From Bacillus subtilis subsp. subtilis str. 168 (lineage in GTDB: Bacteria > Bacillota > Bacilli > Bacillales > Bacillaceae), in NCBI RefSeq assembly GCF_000009045.1, contig NC_000964.3, forward strand, positions 3,180,001-3,212,000: 32,000 nucleotides of DNA, read 5' to 3'. Positions 8,377 to 16,905 of the stretch are shown here, piece after piece. Below the pieces are notes generated by a model. That model made no database searches. It was not told where the DNA came from and was given only the letters and a program-made list of their open reading frames with translations. The first letter of the stretch is position 1, and each line of letters begins with the position of its first letter. The translations under genes were made by a program, and so were the position numbers.

Positions 8377-8413
8377 TTTCAAAAACGTTAATTCACTAAG
8401 GGAGATATGAACA

Positions 8414-9082
8414 TTGGGAAGAATTAAAAATAAGCAATTTGCCGTGATCGGGCTGGGCCGGTTTGGCGGCAGCATTTGTAAAGAACTTCATAGAATGGGG
8501 CATGAGGTCCTTGCGGTTGATATCAACGAAGAAAAGGTCAATGCATATGCTTCTTACGCCACTCATGCGGTAATTGCCAACGCCACCGAAGAAAACGAAT
8601 TGCTTTCATTAGGAATACGCAATTTTGAATATGTGATTGTTGCCATCGGAGCAAATATTCAAGCGAGTACGCTGACCACCCTATTATTAAAGGAGCTTGA
8701 TATTCCAAATATTTGGGTGAAGGCTCAAAACTATTATCATCACAAGGTGCTTGAAAAAATAGGCGCTGACCGCATTATTCATCCTGAAAAAGATATGGGG
8801 GTTAAAATCGCACAAAGCCTTTCAGACGAAAATGTTTTGAATTACATTGATCTATCTGATGAATACAGTATTGTCGAGCTGCTGGCTACGCGCAAGCTTG
8901 ATTCAAAATCGATTATTGACCTGAATGTAAGAGCAAAGTACGGCTGCACGATCCTGGCCATTAAACATCATGGAGATATCTGTCTTTCCCCCGCGCCTGA
9001 AGACATCATTCGCGAGCAAGATTGCCTGGTGATCATGGGCCACAAAAAGGATATTAAACGTTTTGAAAACGAAGGGATGTAG
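8414..9082 (+). CDS. ktrA: K+ uptake system peripheral RCK/KTN subunit
   Basis: 222 aa. TTG start behind AAGGGAG. Rossmann GxGxxG motif (VIGLGRFGGS) and an RCK C-terminal lobe. Confidence 0.95.
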   Translation: MGRIKNKQFAVIGLGRFGGSICKELHRMGHEVLAVDINEEKVNAYASYATHAVIANATEENELLSLGIRNFEYVIVAIGANIQASTLTTLLLKELDIPNIWVKAQNYYHHKVLEKIGADRIIHPEKDMGVKIAQSLSDENVLNYIDLSDEYSIVELLATRKLDSKSIIDLNVRAKYGCTILAIKHHGDICLSPAPEDIIREQDCLVIMGHKKDIKRFENEGM

Positions 9083-9088
9083 ACAAAG

Positions 9089-10426
9089 GTGACACTTCAA
9101 AAGGATAAAGTGATCAAATGGGTTCGGTTTACACCGCCTCAAGTGCTTGCCATTGGTTTTTTCCTTACCATTATCATCGGGGCTGTCCTATTAATGCTTC
9201 CGATTTCCACTACGAAGCCATTGTCATGGATAGATGCCCTTTTTACTGCGGCTTCCGCTACAACTGTTACAGGGCTTGCTGTTGTCGATACCGGCACTCA
9301 ATTTACGGTATTCGGGCAAACAGTAATTATGGGGCTGATTCAGATTGGCGGGCTTGGATTTATGACATTTGCGGTCTTGATCGTCATGATATTAGGAAAA
9401 AAAATCGGCTTAAAAGAACGAATGCTCGTCCAGGAAGCCTTAAACCAGCCGACAATCGGCGGTGTCATTGGCCTTGTCAAAGTCCTGTTTCTGTTTTCGA
9501 TCAGTATTGAATTGATAGCAGCACTCATTTTATCCATCCGGCTTGTACCTCAATACGGCTGGTCATCCGGCTTGTTTGCAAGTTTGTTTCACGCAATATC
9601 TGCTTTTAACAATGCCGGGTTTTCGTTGTGGCCTGATAATTTGATGAGCTACGTTGGCGATCCTACAGTGAACCTCGTGATTACTTTCTTATTTATTACA
9701 GGAGGGATCGGATTTACGGTTCTGTTTGATGTGATGAAAAATCGGCGTTTTAAAACTTTTTCTTTACATACAAAGCTCATGCTTACAGGAACGCTGATGT
9801 TGAATGCGATCGCTATGCTTACGGTCTTTATTTTAGAATACAGCAACCCCGGCACGCTCGGCCACCTGCATATAGTGGATAAACTGTGGGCCTCCTATTT
9901 TCAGGCAGTGACGCCGAGAACCGCAGGGTTCAATTCTCTAGATTTTGGAAGCATGAGAGAAGGAACAATTGTATTTACTTTATTATTGATGTTTATCGGA
10001 GCAGGAAGCGCATCAACGGCGAGCGGCATTAAGCTGACTACGTTCATCGTGATTTTAACATCTGTTATTGCTTACTTGAGAGGTAAAAAAGAAACGGTTA
10101 TTTTCCGCCGTTCCATCAAATATCCGATTATCATTAAAGCTTTAGCTGTGAGCGTCACCAGTTTGTTCATCGTGTTTTTAGGGATTTTCGCCCTGACGAT
10201 CACAGAACAAGCGCCATTTCTTCAAATTGTGTTTGAAACCTTTTCCGCATTCGGAACTGTCGGCCTTACGATGGGGCTTACTCCTGAACTGACAACAGCT
10301 GGCAAGTGTATCATCATTGTCATCATGTTTATCGGAAGAATTGGTCCTTTAACGTTCGTGTTTTCATTCGCAAAAACAGAGCAATCAAATATCCGTTATC
10401 CTGATGGCGAAGTGTTTACAGGGTGA
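9089..10426 (+). CDS. ktrB: K+ uptake system integral membrane subunit (Trk/Ktr/HKT superfamily)
   Basis: 445 aa. GTG start 6 nt after the ktrA stop. Four pore-loop repeats each carry the filter glycine: TTVTGLA, NNAGFS, RTAGFN and GTVGLT. Confidence 0.95.
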   Translation: MTLQKDKVIKWVRFTPPQVLAIGFFLTIIIGAVLLMLPISTTKPLSWIDALFTAASATTVTGLAVVDTGTQFTVFGQTVIMGLIQIGGLGFMTFAVLIVMILGKKIGLKERMLVQEALNQPTIGGVIGLVKVLFLFSISIELIAALILSIRLVPQYGWSSGLFASLFHAISAFNNAGFSLWPDNLMSYVGDPTVNLVITFLFITGGIGFTVLFDVMKNRRFKTFSLHTKLMLTGTLMLNAIAMLTVFILEYSNPGTLGHLHIVDKLWASYFQAVTPRTAGFNSLDFGSMREGTIVFTLLLMFIGAGSASTASGIKLTTFIVILTSVIAYLRGKKETVIFRRSIKYPIIIKALAVSVTSLFIVFLGIFALTITEQAPFLQIVFETFSAFGTVGLTMGLTPELTTAGKCIIIVIMFIGRIGPLTFVFSFAKTEQSNIRYPDGEVFTG

Positions 10427-10430
10427 TATC

Positions 10431-10465
10431 AAAAAAATCCGGCGTGCAGTCGCCGGATTTTTTAT
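10431..10465. terminator. Bidirectional terminator between convergent ktrB and yubF
   Basis: AATCCGGCG-tgcagt-CGCCGGATT, flanked by an A7 run upstream and a T6 run downstream. Confidence 0.75.
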
Positions 10466-10725
10466 GATTCGATATGAGATTGATTTTGTCTTTTTTCCTG
10501 TTCCGCGATGATTTCGTTATCCTCCGCGTTATCACGGGTCACTTTTTGCGTAAGAATCGCACCAACTGCTACAAGTATCATAACAGCGATGTAATAACCT
10601 TTTTCATTGAGTTCCAGATTATCAGCATTATAGAGTCCGATACTAAACAAAAATACTCCCGCAAAAAAAGTAAAATAAGCTAGTACTGTAAAGGCAACCG
10701 TGTTTCTGCGTCTATATTTCTGCAC
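10462..10725 (-). CDS. yubF: Small two-TM membrane protein (YiaA/YiaB-like)
   Basis: 87 aa. GTG start 7 nt after GGAGGG. Two hydrophobic helices followed by an acidic tail. Confidence 0.75.
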   Translation of the reverse strand: MQKYRRRNTVAFTVLAYFTFFAGVFLFSIGLYNADNLELNEKGYYIAVMILVAVGAILTQKVTRDNAEDNEIIAEQEKRQNQSHIES

Positions 10726-10833
10726 CTTTGTTCCCTCCCGAAAGCATAGTTAAAAAGTGATAACTTCCGTGGAATATTATACCTCAAATTCCCCGGAATG
10801 GAACAAAGAATTAAAAATACCAGTAAAAAGGGC

Positions 10834-11682
10834 TTAGGTTGCCTCCTTTATTTCAACAGCTGAATCATCAATCCAGCCGATAAGTTTATCATTGATTTGG
10901 AATTGGTACCATACAGACTGGCCTTTCTGTTTTTTAGACACAACCTTTATGTCTTTGCCGACGTAAGATTGGGCAGAGGTAAGCCTTATGGACCGATCAT
11001 CAGTAGAAGGCTTGGACCATACGTCTTGAACGGCACTGTCTTTAATAGAGGCGTTTAAATCCACAGATTTGAGGGATGGATTTACCTCATCGTACTCATC
11101 TAAATCGTATTTTTCCACAATAGCGCTGATTTTGTCAGCGTAGTCAGGGTCTGTAGCATATCCTGATGTTTGCAGGGCGGTTGCCGCTTCCTTATAATTC
11201 CCTGCCTCAAGCACCGGTTTATACTTCTTTTTATTCCACGATGTGCCACGGACGAACAATTGGGCGTGATCATCCATAGATTCAAAAAACGTGCTGTATT
11301 TTCGAAACTTCGCGCGAATGGTTTTTCTTTTCCCTTTTTCAACTTCGTCCGTTTCCATCGTGACATGATGGCCTTTATAATTCCCTTTTACGCCAAAAAG
11401 GTTGTTGGCCTTAGCAGCCAGTTCACTGTTCCCCCAGTCCGATTCGAGAATGGCCTGAGCAATTGTGATGCTGGGGAGAACATGGTATTTTTCATACAAA
11501 ATTTGGGCATGTCCGGACAGACTGTCTATAAATACTTGCTGTTCATCGATTTCTTCAGTTTCTTTGGATATTTCAATCGGTTTTGATAAAGTTGTCGCTA
11601 AAACAAACAGAGCTAGCGGAATCGATACAAGGAAAAATAGTGAAATCAAGAGTTTACGTTTTTTAAGTTTTTTACGGGCCAT
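10834..11682 (-). CDS. lytG: Peptidoglycan N-acetylglucosaminidase (GH73) with a C-terminal SH3-like wall-binding domain
   Basis: GH73 motif AQAILESDWGNSELA...NLFGVKG. Start at ATG 11682 (AAGGAAGG SD; MARKKLKKRKLL signal-anchor; 282 aa). The track's extra 68 codons have no SD and cover the promoter region. Confidence 0.9.
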   Translation of the reverse strand: MARKKLKKRKLLISLFFLVSIPLALFVLATTLSKPIEISKETEEIDEQQVFIDSLSGHAQILYEKYHVLPSITIAQAILESDWGNSELAAKANNLFGVKGNYKGHHVTMETDEVEKGKRKTIRAKFRKYSTFFESMDDHAQLFVRGTSWNKKKYKPVLEAGNYKEAATALQTSGYATDPDYADKISAIVEKYDLDEYDEVNPSLKSVDLNASIKDSAVQDVWSKPSTDDRSIRLTSAQSYVGKDIKVVSKKQKGQSVWYQFQINDKLIGWIDDSAVEIKEAT

Positions 11683-11737
11683 GAAAACCTTCCTTCGAAT
11701 TAAAAGATTACGAATGTAAAAGAATCTACCTTTTAGA

Positions 11738-11766
11738 ATTTTACTTGCACTTCTAATATTTTTCAA
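11738..11766 (-). promoter_or_regulatory. Putative sigma-A promoter of lytG
   Basis: The minus strand reads TTGAAA (11766..11761), 17 nt, TAAAAT (11743..11738). Confidence 0.35.
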
Positions 11767-11799
11767 TTCTTTAGGGATAAAGTTGGGAAAAGATTGCAA

Positions 11800-11834
11800 A
11801 ATAAAAACCTTTTCGCTCAATGAAAAGGTTTTTA
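11800..11834 (-). terminator. Intrinsic terminator after yubD
   Basis: AAAAACCTTTT-loop-AAAAGGTTTTT, followed on the minus strand by TTTTTATTTTG. It starts 9 nt after the yubD stop. Confidence 0.65.
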
Positions 11835-11842
11835 CCATGTTT

Positions 11843-13378
11843 CTATTTTTGTAAATTTCTGAGTGCATTCCGATATTCCGTATCATTTATTACTTTATAT
11901 GATTTGACAGTTGCCTTCGACAAACCTTGTGCTGAGACGGCCGGTTTTTCCGGAGCTGTTTTCGCTTTATCATGTGGTTTATGTGCCAGCTTGTGCCCCA
12001 TTCCAGTGGCATTCATACAAAATGACAGGCAGACGAGCAGCACGCTAAGGATAAAAGAAATGAAGAAGAGATCATGATAAGCAGTCATCATAGAATCCTG
12101 TACCGAACCGCTTTGTCTGGCAGCATCTTTTTTCGTGAAAAAGCCGATGAGAATGGGAACTCCCATATAGACAAACAATCTTAAAAACTGAACAGCTGTC
12201 ATTCTCTTGACCAAATCAGGCAGCGGGCCTCCCATGGCAGCTCCCATCAGCCCTGCGGCGACTGTCAGGCCTGTTCCCGCTGCAAGCATGATAAACAGTG
12301 CCGCGAACATATAAAGAGATGATCGATCCTGTATATGCAGCCATTGAAAATTCACAAAAACGAGAATGAGTCCGCCGATAATACCGAGCATCCCTGGTCC
12401 GACTTTATCGTATAACAGAGCGCTCAAAATGGCCGCGATCGCCACTCCGATTAAAAGAGTCAAGCTTAAAAGAATGAGATGCTCCTGAGAAATATCATAC
12501 ATTTGACGGAGCAAGCCTTGAAAAGCAGAAAGGCTGACAGCTACCGTTATCGTCCCTGCAGCTATGATCAATAAGCCGAGCACCGGTTTTGGCAGCAGCA
12601 TCAGTTTAATAGATATGAAGGGGTTTTTCACTTTATATTCCACAATCAATAGACCAATGAGCAAACATAACGTCACCCCGAAACCAATCCATACATAACC
12701 CGATGACAGCCCCCATTTTTGCAGAAAAATGAATGAAACCGCTGAGGCTGCGGCAAGGAAGACAGATAAAAGAATTCCCGCACGATCAAGCGGCTGTTCT
12801 TGATCCGCCGCTCCGTGATGCTCATCATGAAGAAAGAAATAGCTCACCGCGACACCGATCAGGGACAAGGTGCCAAAGATGAAAAACAGCCATCTCCAAT
12901 GCCCGCAGCTTGTTGCAATGGTTCCCAGGATTGTACCGATGATAACAGAACCATAGAATCCCCCGATCAGCACAAGCAGTGCATAGTTCCTGCGTTCAAT
13001 CGGGAATGACAGTACAAGCATTGGAATCATAATCATCAGCATGACGCCTGTTGCCGCCCCTTGTAAAAAGCGCCCTGCCGCCATCAATGCAATATCGCCT
13101 GAACATGCGATGAGCAGTGAGCCTAGTATAAAGACAGGTAATGAAGCCAGATAGACGGGACGAGCACCGAATTTTTTCCTCAGCAGCGGTCCTGCCGGAA
13201 CTAACAAGGCAAAGGCCATATTGCCGATCAATATCGGATTTACTGATGTAAAGACACTTGTTCCAACCGTTTTCTGAACAAGGCCTTGAACTGACGACAA
13301 TGCCGTGTTAGACATCAATCCCGGCCCGACCGCTAAGACGGCGAGCAAAGAAATCACCCAATAGTGTTTTGTCTTCAT
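11843..13378 (-). CDS. yubD: Major facilitator superfamily transporter, 14-TM DHA2-like putative drug/H+ antiporter
   Basis: Start at ATG 13378 (GGAAGGGATG SD; 511 aa). Hydrophobic throughout, with an MFS loop motif (LRKKFGARP). It has a long polar C-terminal tail. Confidence 0.85.
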   Translation of the reverse strand: MKTKHYWVISLLAVLAVGPGLMSNTALSSVQGLVQKTVGTSVFTSVNPILIGNMAFALLVPAGPLLRKKFGARPVYLASLPVFILGSLLIACSGDIALMAAGRFLQGAATGVMLMIMIPMLVLSFPIERRNYALLVLIGGFYGSVIIGTILGTIATSCGHWRWLFFIFGTLSLIGVAVSYFFLHDEHHGAADQEQPLDRAGILLSVFLAAASAVSFIFLQKWGLSSGYVWIGFGVTLCLLIGLLIVEYKVKNPFISIKLMLLPKPVLGLLIIAAGTITVAVSLSAFQGLLRQMYDISQEHLILLSLTLLIGVAIAAILSALLYDKVGPGMLGIIGGLILVFVNFQWLHIQDRSSLYMFAALFIMLAAGTGLTVAAGLMGAAMGGPLPDLVKRMTAVQFLRLFVYMGVPILIGFFTKKDAARQSGSVQDSMMTAYHDLFFISFILSVLLVCLSFCMNATGMGHKLAHKPHDKAKTAPEKPAVSAQGLSKATVKSYKVINDTEYRNALRNLQK

Positions 13379-13416
13379 GTTGTCATCCCTTCCTATATGA
13401 ATACATGCGAAACACA

Positions 13417-13470
13417 TCATTTTTTGAAAACAAAAGAAGCTAATAGATTTTGCATACCATTAGCTTTCAT
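13417..13470 (-). promoter_or_regulatory. Candidate 17-codon leader ORF (MKANGMQNLLASFVFKK) enclosing a terminator-like hairpin, upstream of yubD
   Basis: ATG at 13470 lies 9 nt after GAAAGGGAG. A 10-bp stem AAGCTAATGG/CTATTAGCTT (13466..13437) is followed by CTTTTGTTTTC (13436..13426). The TGA stop is at 13419..13417. See the findings. Confidence 0.3.
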
Positions 13471-13514
13471 TCTAATATTCTCCCTTTCAGGGGAAATGAT
13501 ATTATTTTATTATA

Positions 13515-13543
13515 ATTATGTGAATGAATGAGCATATAATCAA
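13515..13543 (-). promoter_or_regulatory. Putative sigma-A promoter of the yubD leader
   Basis: The minus strand reads TTGATT (13543..13538), 17 nt, CATAAT (13520..13515). Confidence 0.35.
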
Positions 13544-13847
13544 ATATTATTTCAAATCGATTGTGTTTTGTCAATGGAGTAAATTTCAAGCACAACATAG
13601 AAAGCTTGAAAGCTTTTCCCCGATATTGTGTCTAGAACTGCACTTATGAATCCCTGCTCGTTCCCTCAAGCGAATTAAAGCAGGCCGTTTTAATCCTTTC
13701 AATCCACTATTCCAACTAATAAACTCAAATAAGTTGGTGATAAGACAACATTTTACCCCCACATTTTTTTGTGTTCACTGGGCGTTTGCCGCCTCTAAAT
13801 TGTATATGGGTAAATACCATGAATTAACCTATGAAATACCAATGTAA

Positions 13848-14348
<501 letters not shown>

Positions 14349-14419
14349 TTGACAGATAAACTGCTCACTTTGACTTCACTCAACTGGAGGATTCAGAGAA
14401 TGAAACCTTTTCCTCAAAA

Positions 14420-14447
14420 CAAAAAAACCCTTATCGAATAAGGGTTT
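14420..14447 (-). terminator. Intrinsic terminator after tRNA-Ala
   Basis: 9-bp stem AAACCCTTA/TAAGGGTTT. On the minus strand it is followed by T8. On the plus strand only TTT follows, so it is a weak terminator for cdoA. Confidence 0.7.
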
Positions 14448-14454
14448 AAAGGTA

Positions 14455-14527
14455 TGGAGCCAAGGGGGCTCGAACCCCTGACCTCTACGCTGCCAGCGTA
14501 GCGCTCTCCCAGCTGAGCTATGGCCCC
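14455..14527 (-). tRNA. trnSL-Ala1: tRNA-Ala, anticodon GGC; 3' CCA not encoded
   Basis: The reverse complement is GGGGCCATAGCTCAGCTGGGAGAGCGCTACGCTGGCAGCGTAGAGGTCAGGGGTTCGAGCCCCCTTGGCTCCA. It folds as a 73-nt cloverleaf with anticodon loop CTGGCAG, T-loop GGTTCGAGCC and the G3:U70 Ala identity pair. The discriminator A is followed by TAC. Confidence 0.92.
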
Positions 14528-14545
14528 GTATGTAACGTCATGTTT

Positions 14546-14574
14546 ATTATAGATGATTTTATTTTGAAAAACAA
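14546..14574 (-). promoter_or_regulatory. Putative sigma-A promoter of the tRNA-Ala gene
   Basis: The minus strand reads TTGTTT (14574..14569), 17 nt, TATAAT (14551..14546). It lies about 19 nt upstream of the mature tRNA 5' end. Confidence 0.45.
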
Positions 14575-14595
14575 GCTGTTTCCTCTTGAATTGAC

Positions 14596-14630
14596 AGAAA
14601 AAATAAGGCTCGGAAAAGAGCCTTATTTTT
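14596..14630 (-). terminator. Intrinsic terminator after uppP
   Basis: AAATAAGGCTC-ggaaaa-GAGCCTTATTT, followed on the minus strand by TTTTTTC. Confidence 0.7.
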
Positions 14631-14634
14631 CGAC

Positions 14635-15465
14635 TTACATCATGATCAAAAGTAAAATCACACCGAGAATAATTCGATAGATTGCAAATGGGACAAGTTT
14701 GATTTTGTTAATCAGCCTTAAGAAGAAACGGACGACAAACAGTGCGACCACAAAGGCACAGATAAAGCCGACGATGAAAAACGGCATCAGATCCGAACTT
14801 AAGCTGTCCCAATGCTTCACGAGGCTTAGAAAGCTGGCTCCCATCATGATCGGCATCGCCATAATAAACGTAAAGTCGGCTGCAGCTCGGTGGTTTAATC
14901 CGAGAATAACACCGCCGGAAATGGTTGAACCCGAACGCGAGAAACCAGGCCAAAGGGAAAGACATTGGAATAAGCCGACGGCTATCGCCTGTTTATAGGA
15001 AATGCGGTCGAGTGTGTCTGTCGCTGTTTTCCGTTTATTGACCCAGTCAGCAAAAAGCATGAGGATTGCCCCGGCAATTAAACCGATGGCCACAGTTTTA
15101 ACGGAAAATAAATATTCATCAATGTAATCTTCAAACAAAAAGCCGAGAACAGCTGCAGGCACGAGTCCGACGGCAATTTGGGCAATGCTTAATTTATGTC
15201 CCTGCTCCTGGTCGCTTGTAATATTTTTTTTCAAGCCCAGTAAATTTAAAATTCGGTCTTTAAACACGATAGCTACTGCTAAAATGGAGCCTAGCTGAAT
15301 AACCACCTTGAATGAGTTAGCAGCTTCTTCTGACATCAGATTACTTGATTTTAGCCAGATGTCGTCTACTATGATCATATGTCCTGTCGAAGAAACCGGC
15401 GCGTACTCTGTTAATCCTTCTACGATTCCTAAAATGGCGGCTACAAACAATTCCCATAGAGTCAT
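14635..15465 (-). CDS. uppP: Undecaprenyl-diphosphate phosphatase (BacA/UppP family)
   Basis: BacA motifs are present: EYAPVSSTGHMII and PGFSRSGSTISGG. Start at ATG 15465 (GGGGAGAA SD; 276 aa). Confidence 0.9.
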   Translation of the reverse strand: MTLWELFVAAILGIVEGLTEYAPVSSTGHMIIVDDIWLKSSNLMSEEAANSFKVVIQLGSILAVAIVFKDRILNLLGLKKNITSDQEQGHKLSIAQIAVGLVPAAVLGFLFEDYIDEYLFSVKTVAIGLIAGAILMLFADWVNKRKTATDTLDRISYKQAIAVGLFQCLSLWPGFSRSGSTISGGVILGLNHRAAADFTFIMAMPIMMGASFLSLVKHWDSLSSDLMPFFIVGFICAFVVALFVVRFFLRLINKIKLVPFAIYRIILGVILLLIMM

Positions 15466-15557
15466 GATTTTGATTCTCCCCATTAGACATTTATTTTTTT
15501 ACATAACGGGAGCTTCCCATAAATGGAAAGCCCGTCTTATATAACTATAAACGAAAA

Positions 15558-16724
15558 TCACACTTTATGCCCCGGCGTATTTTCATTTTTTTCTTCATCG
15601 TATAAATGTGACTGCATTTTAAACCAGTCAAATAAATGTGTCGTAATGACTTTGGCAACCGCATAGCCGGGAATCGCAAGAATGATTCCAACAACGCCAA
15701 ACAGCTTGCCGGCTGTTAACAGCAGAAAAATAATCGTAATCGGATGGATGTGAAGGTTTTTTCCCATAATTTGCGGAGAGATCAGCTTCCCTTCAATCAG
15801 CTGAACAATCGTCCAAACGATCACCAGCTTAAGCAGCATGAGCGGCGATGTCACTATGGCAATGATAATCGCAGGCGTAATGGCAATCGTTGGCCCTAAA
15901 TATGGAACGATGCTTGTGCAAGCCGCAATGACTGCAAGCAATGAAGCATAATCCAGCCCGATAATCAAATAACCGATAAACAGCAAAAACCCGATACAGA
16001 AGCTGACAATGATCTGGCCTCTGATATAAGAGCTTAACCGATGATTCATTTCGCTTAAGACTGTATATGTCTGTTCTTTCAATCGAGTCGGCACAAACTT
16101 CAGTATGTAGACCGGTAATTTTCTTCCGTCTTTTAGCAAATAAAATAGAATAAACGGAACCGTGACGATCGAAATGATAATCTCAGTCAGTGCGCCGATA
16201 AAATTCCCAACACCGGTAAAGGTGCTGTTCACGATCGTCGCTGCCTGATCCGAAACCTTTGTAGCAAGATCAGATATATTAATGTTCATCGTTTGCTGGG
16301 CCTGATTGACGAAGTTGCTGCCAATCAGCTGTTTCGTCTGATTTTCTACGACGTCCACATATCTCGGGATATTGTCAATCAAACTCATAATTTGTTCTTT
16401 TAAGAAGGGAATGATCGACACGATCGTGATCGTGATCAGCCCGATAACCAATAGGTATAGCAGCAATATAGAATAGATTCTTCTTATTCTTCTTCTCTCC
16501 AGAAAATCGACGACTGGGTTTAACAGATAAAAAACAATGCCTGTCAAAATAATCGGAAGTGATATCGTTTTGAGCAGAACAATAATCGGGGTGAAAATAA
16601 ATGATGTTTTTGTAAATACTAGAATATTTAAACCAATCAGCAGCAGCACAAGCAAAAATAAAACAAACTTATTATCCAAGAAGAATCGCTTGAATCTGCC
16701 GCTCCATGTTTGCAACGTCTCCAC
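15558..16724 (-). CDS. yubA: AI-2E/PerM (UPF0118) family membrane transporter
   Basis: Polytopic protein with family-typical core helices. Start at GTG 16724, 6 nt after GGAGGA, giving 388 aa. Confidence 0.8.
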
Positions 16725-16905
16725 TATCGTTCCTCCGTCATACATAGTTTAATTAAATTGTACACTATCGTCCCTATAATGAAAAATAAAAACCGTTAAT
16801 TGCTGGAAAAGCTTTCTCGGTTTTAACATTCTATTTATATCTATCATGTGATTTTGTTCTTTTTAAGCTATAATTTAGCTATATCATGCAAAAGGAGCGA
16901 TACGA

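Noticed and set aside
10726-10833. A TATAAT hexamer (minus strand, about 10776..10781) and a weak hairpin between lytG and yubF.
   Set aside because: The -35 region is poor (GTTCCA), and the hairpin lacks a clean U-tract. I did not consider this enough to annotate a promoter or terminator.
11683-11886. A 68-codon N-terminal extension of lytG in the ORF track. It overlaps the yubD 3' end by 44 nt.
   Set aside because: It has no SD. It spans the yubD terminator hairpin (11800..11834) and a plausible lytG promoter. The internal ATG at 11682 has AAGGAAGG and begins a typical signal-anchor.
13619-13626. A sigma-D-like -10 element CCCGATAT on the plus strand, about 240 nt upstream of cdoA.
   Set aside because: It matches 7 of 8 positions, has only GAAA at the -35 position, and is far from the gene. 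A cysteine-metabolism gene has no expected link to the motility sigma factor. It is probably a chance match.
13804-13845. A 13-codon plus-strand ORF (MGKYHELTYEIPM) ending at the cdoA SD.
   Set aside because: No SD precedes its ATG, and it is too short to evaluate from sequence. I treated it as non-coding.
15486-15557. A hairpin ACGGGAGCTTCC/GGAAAGCCCGT between yubA and uppP that could be a terminator.
   Set aside because: On the transcribed minus strand it is followed by an A-run rather than a T-run, and the stem has a bulge. I cannot call it an intrinsic terminator. yubA and uppP may be co-transcribed, or the uppP promoter may lie here.
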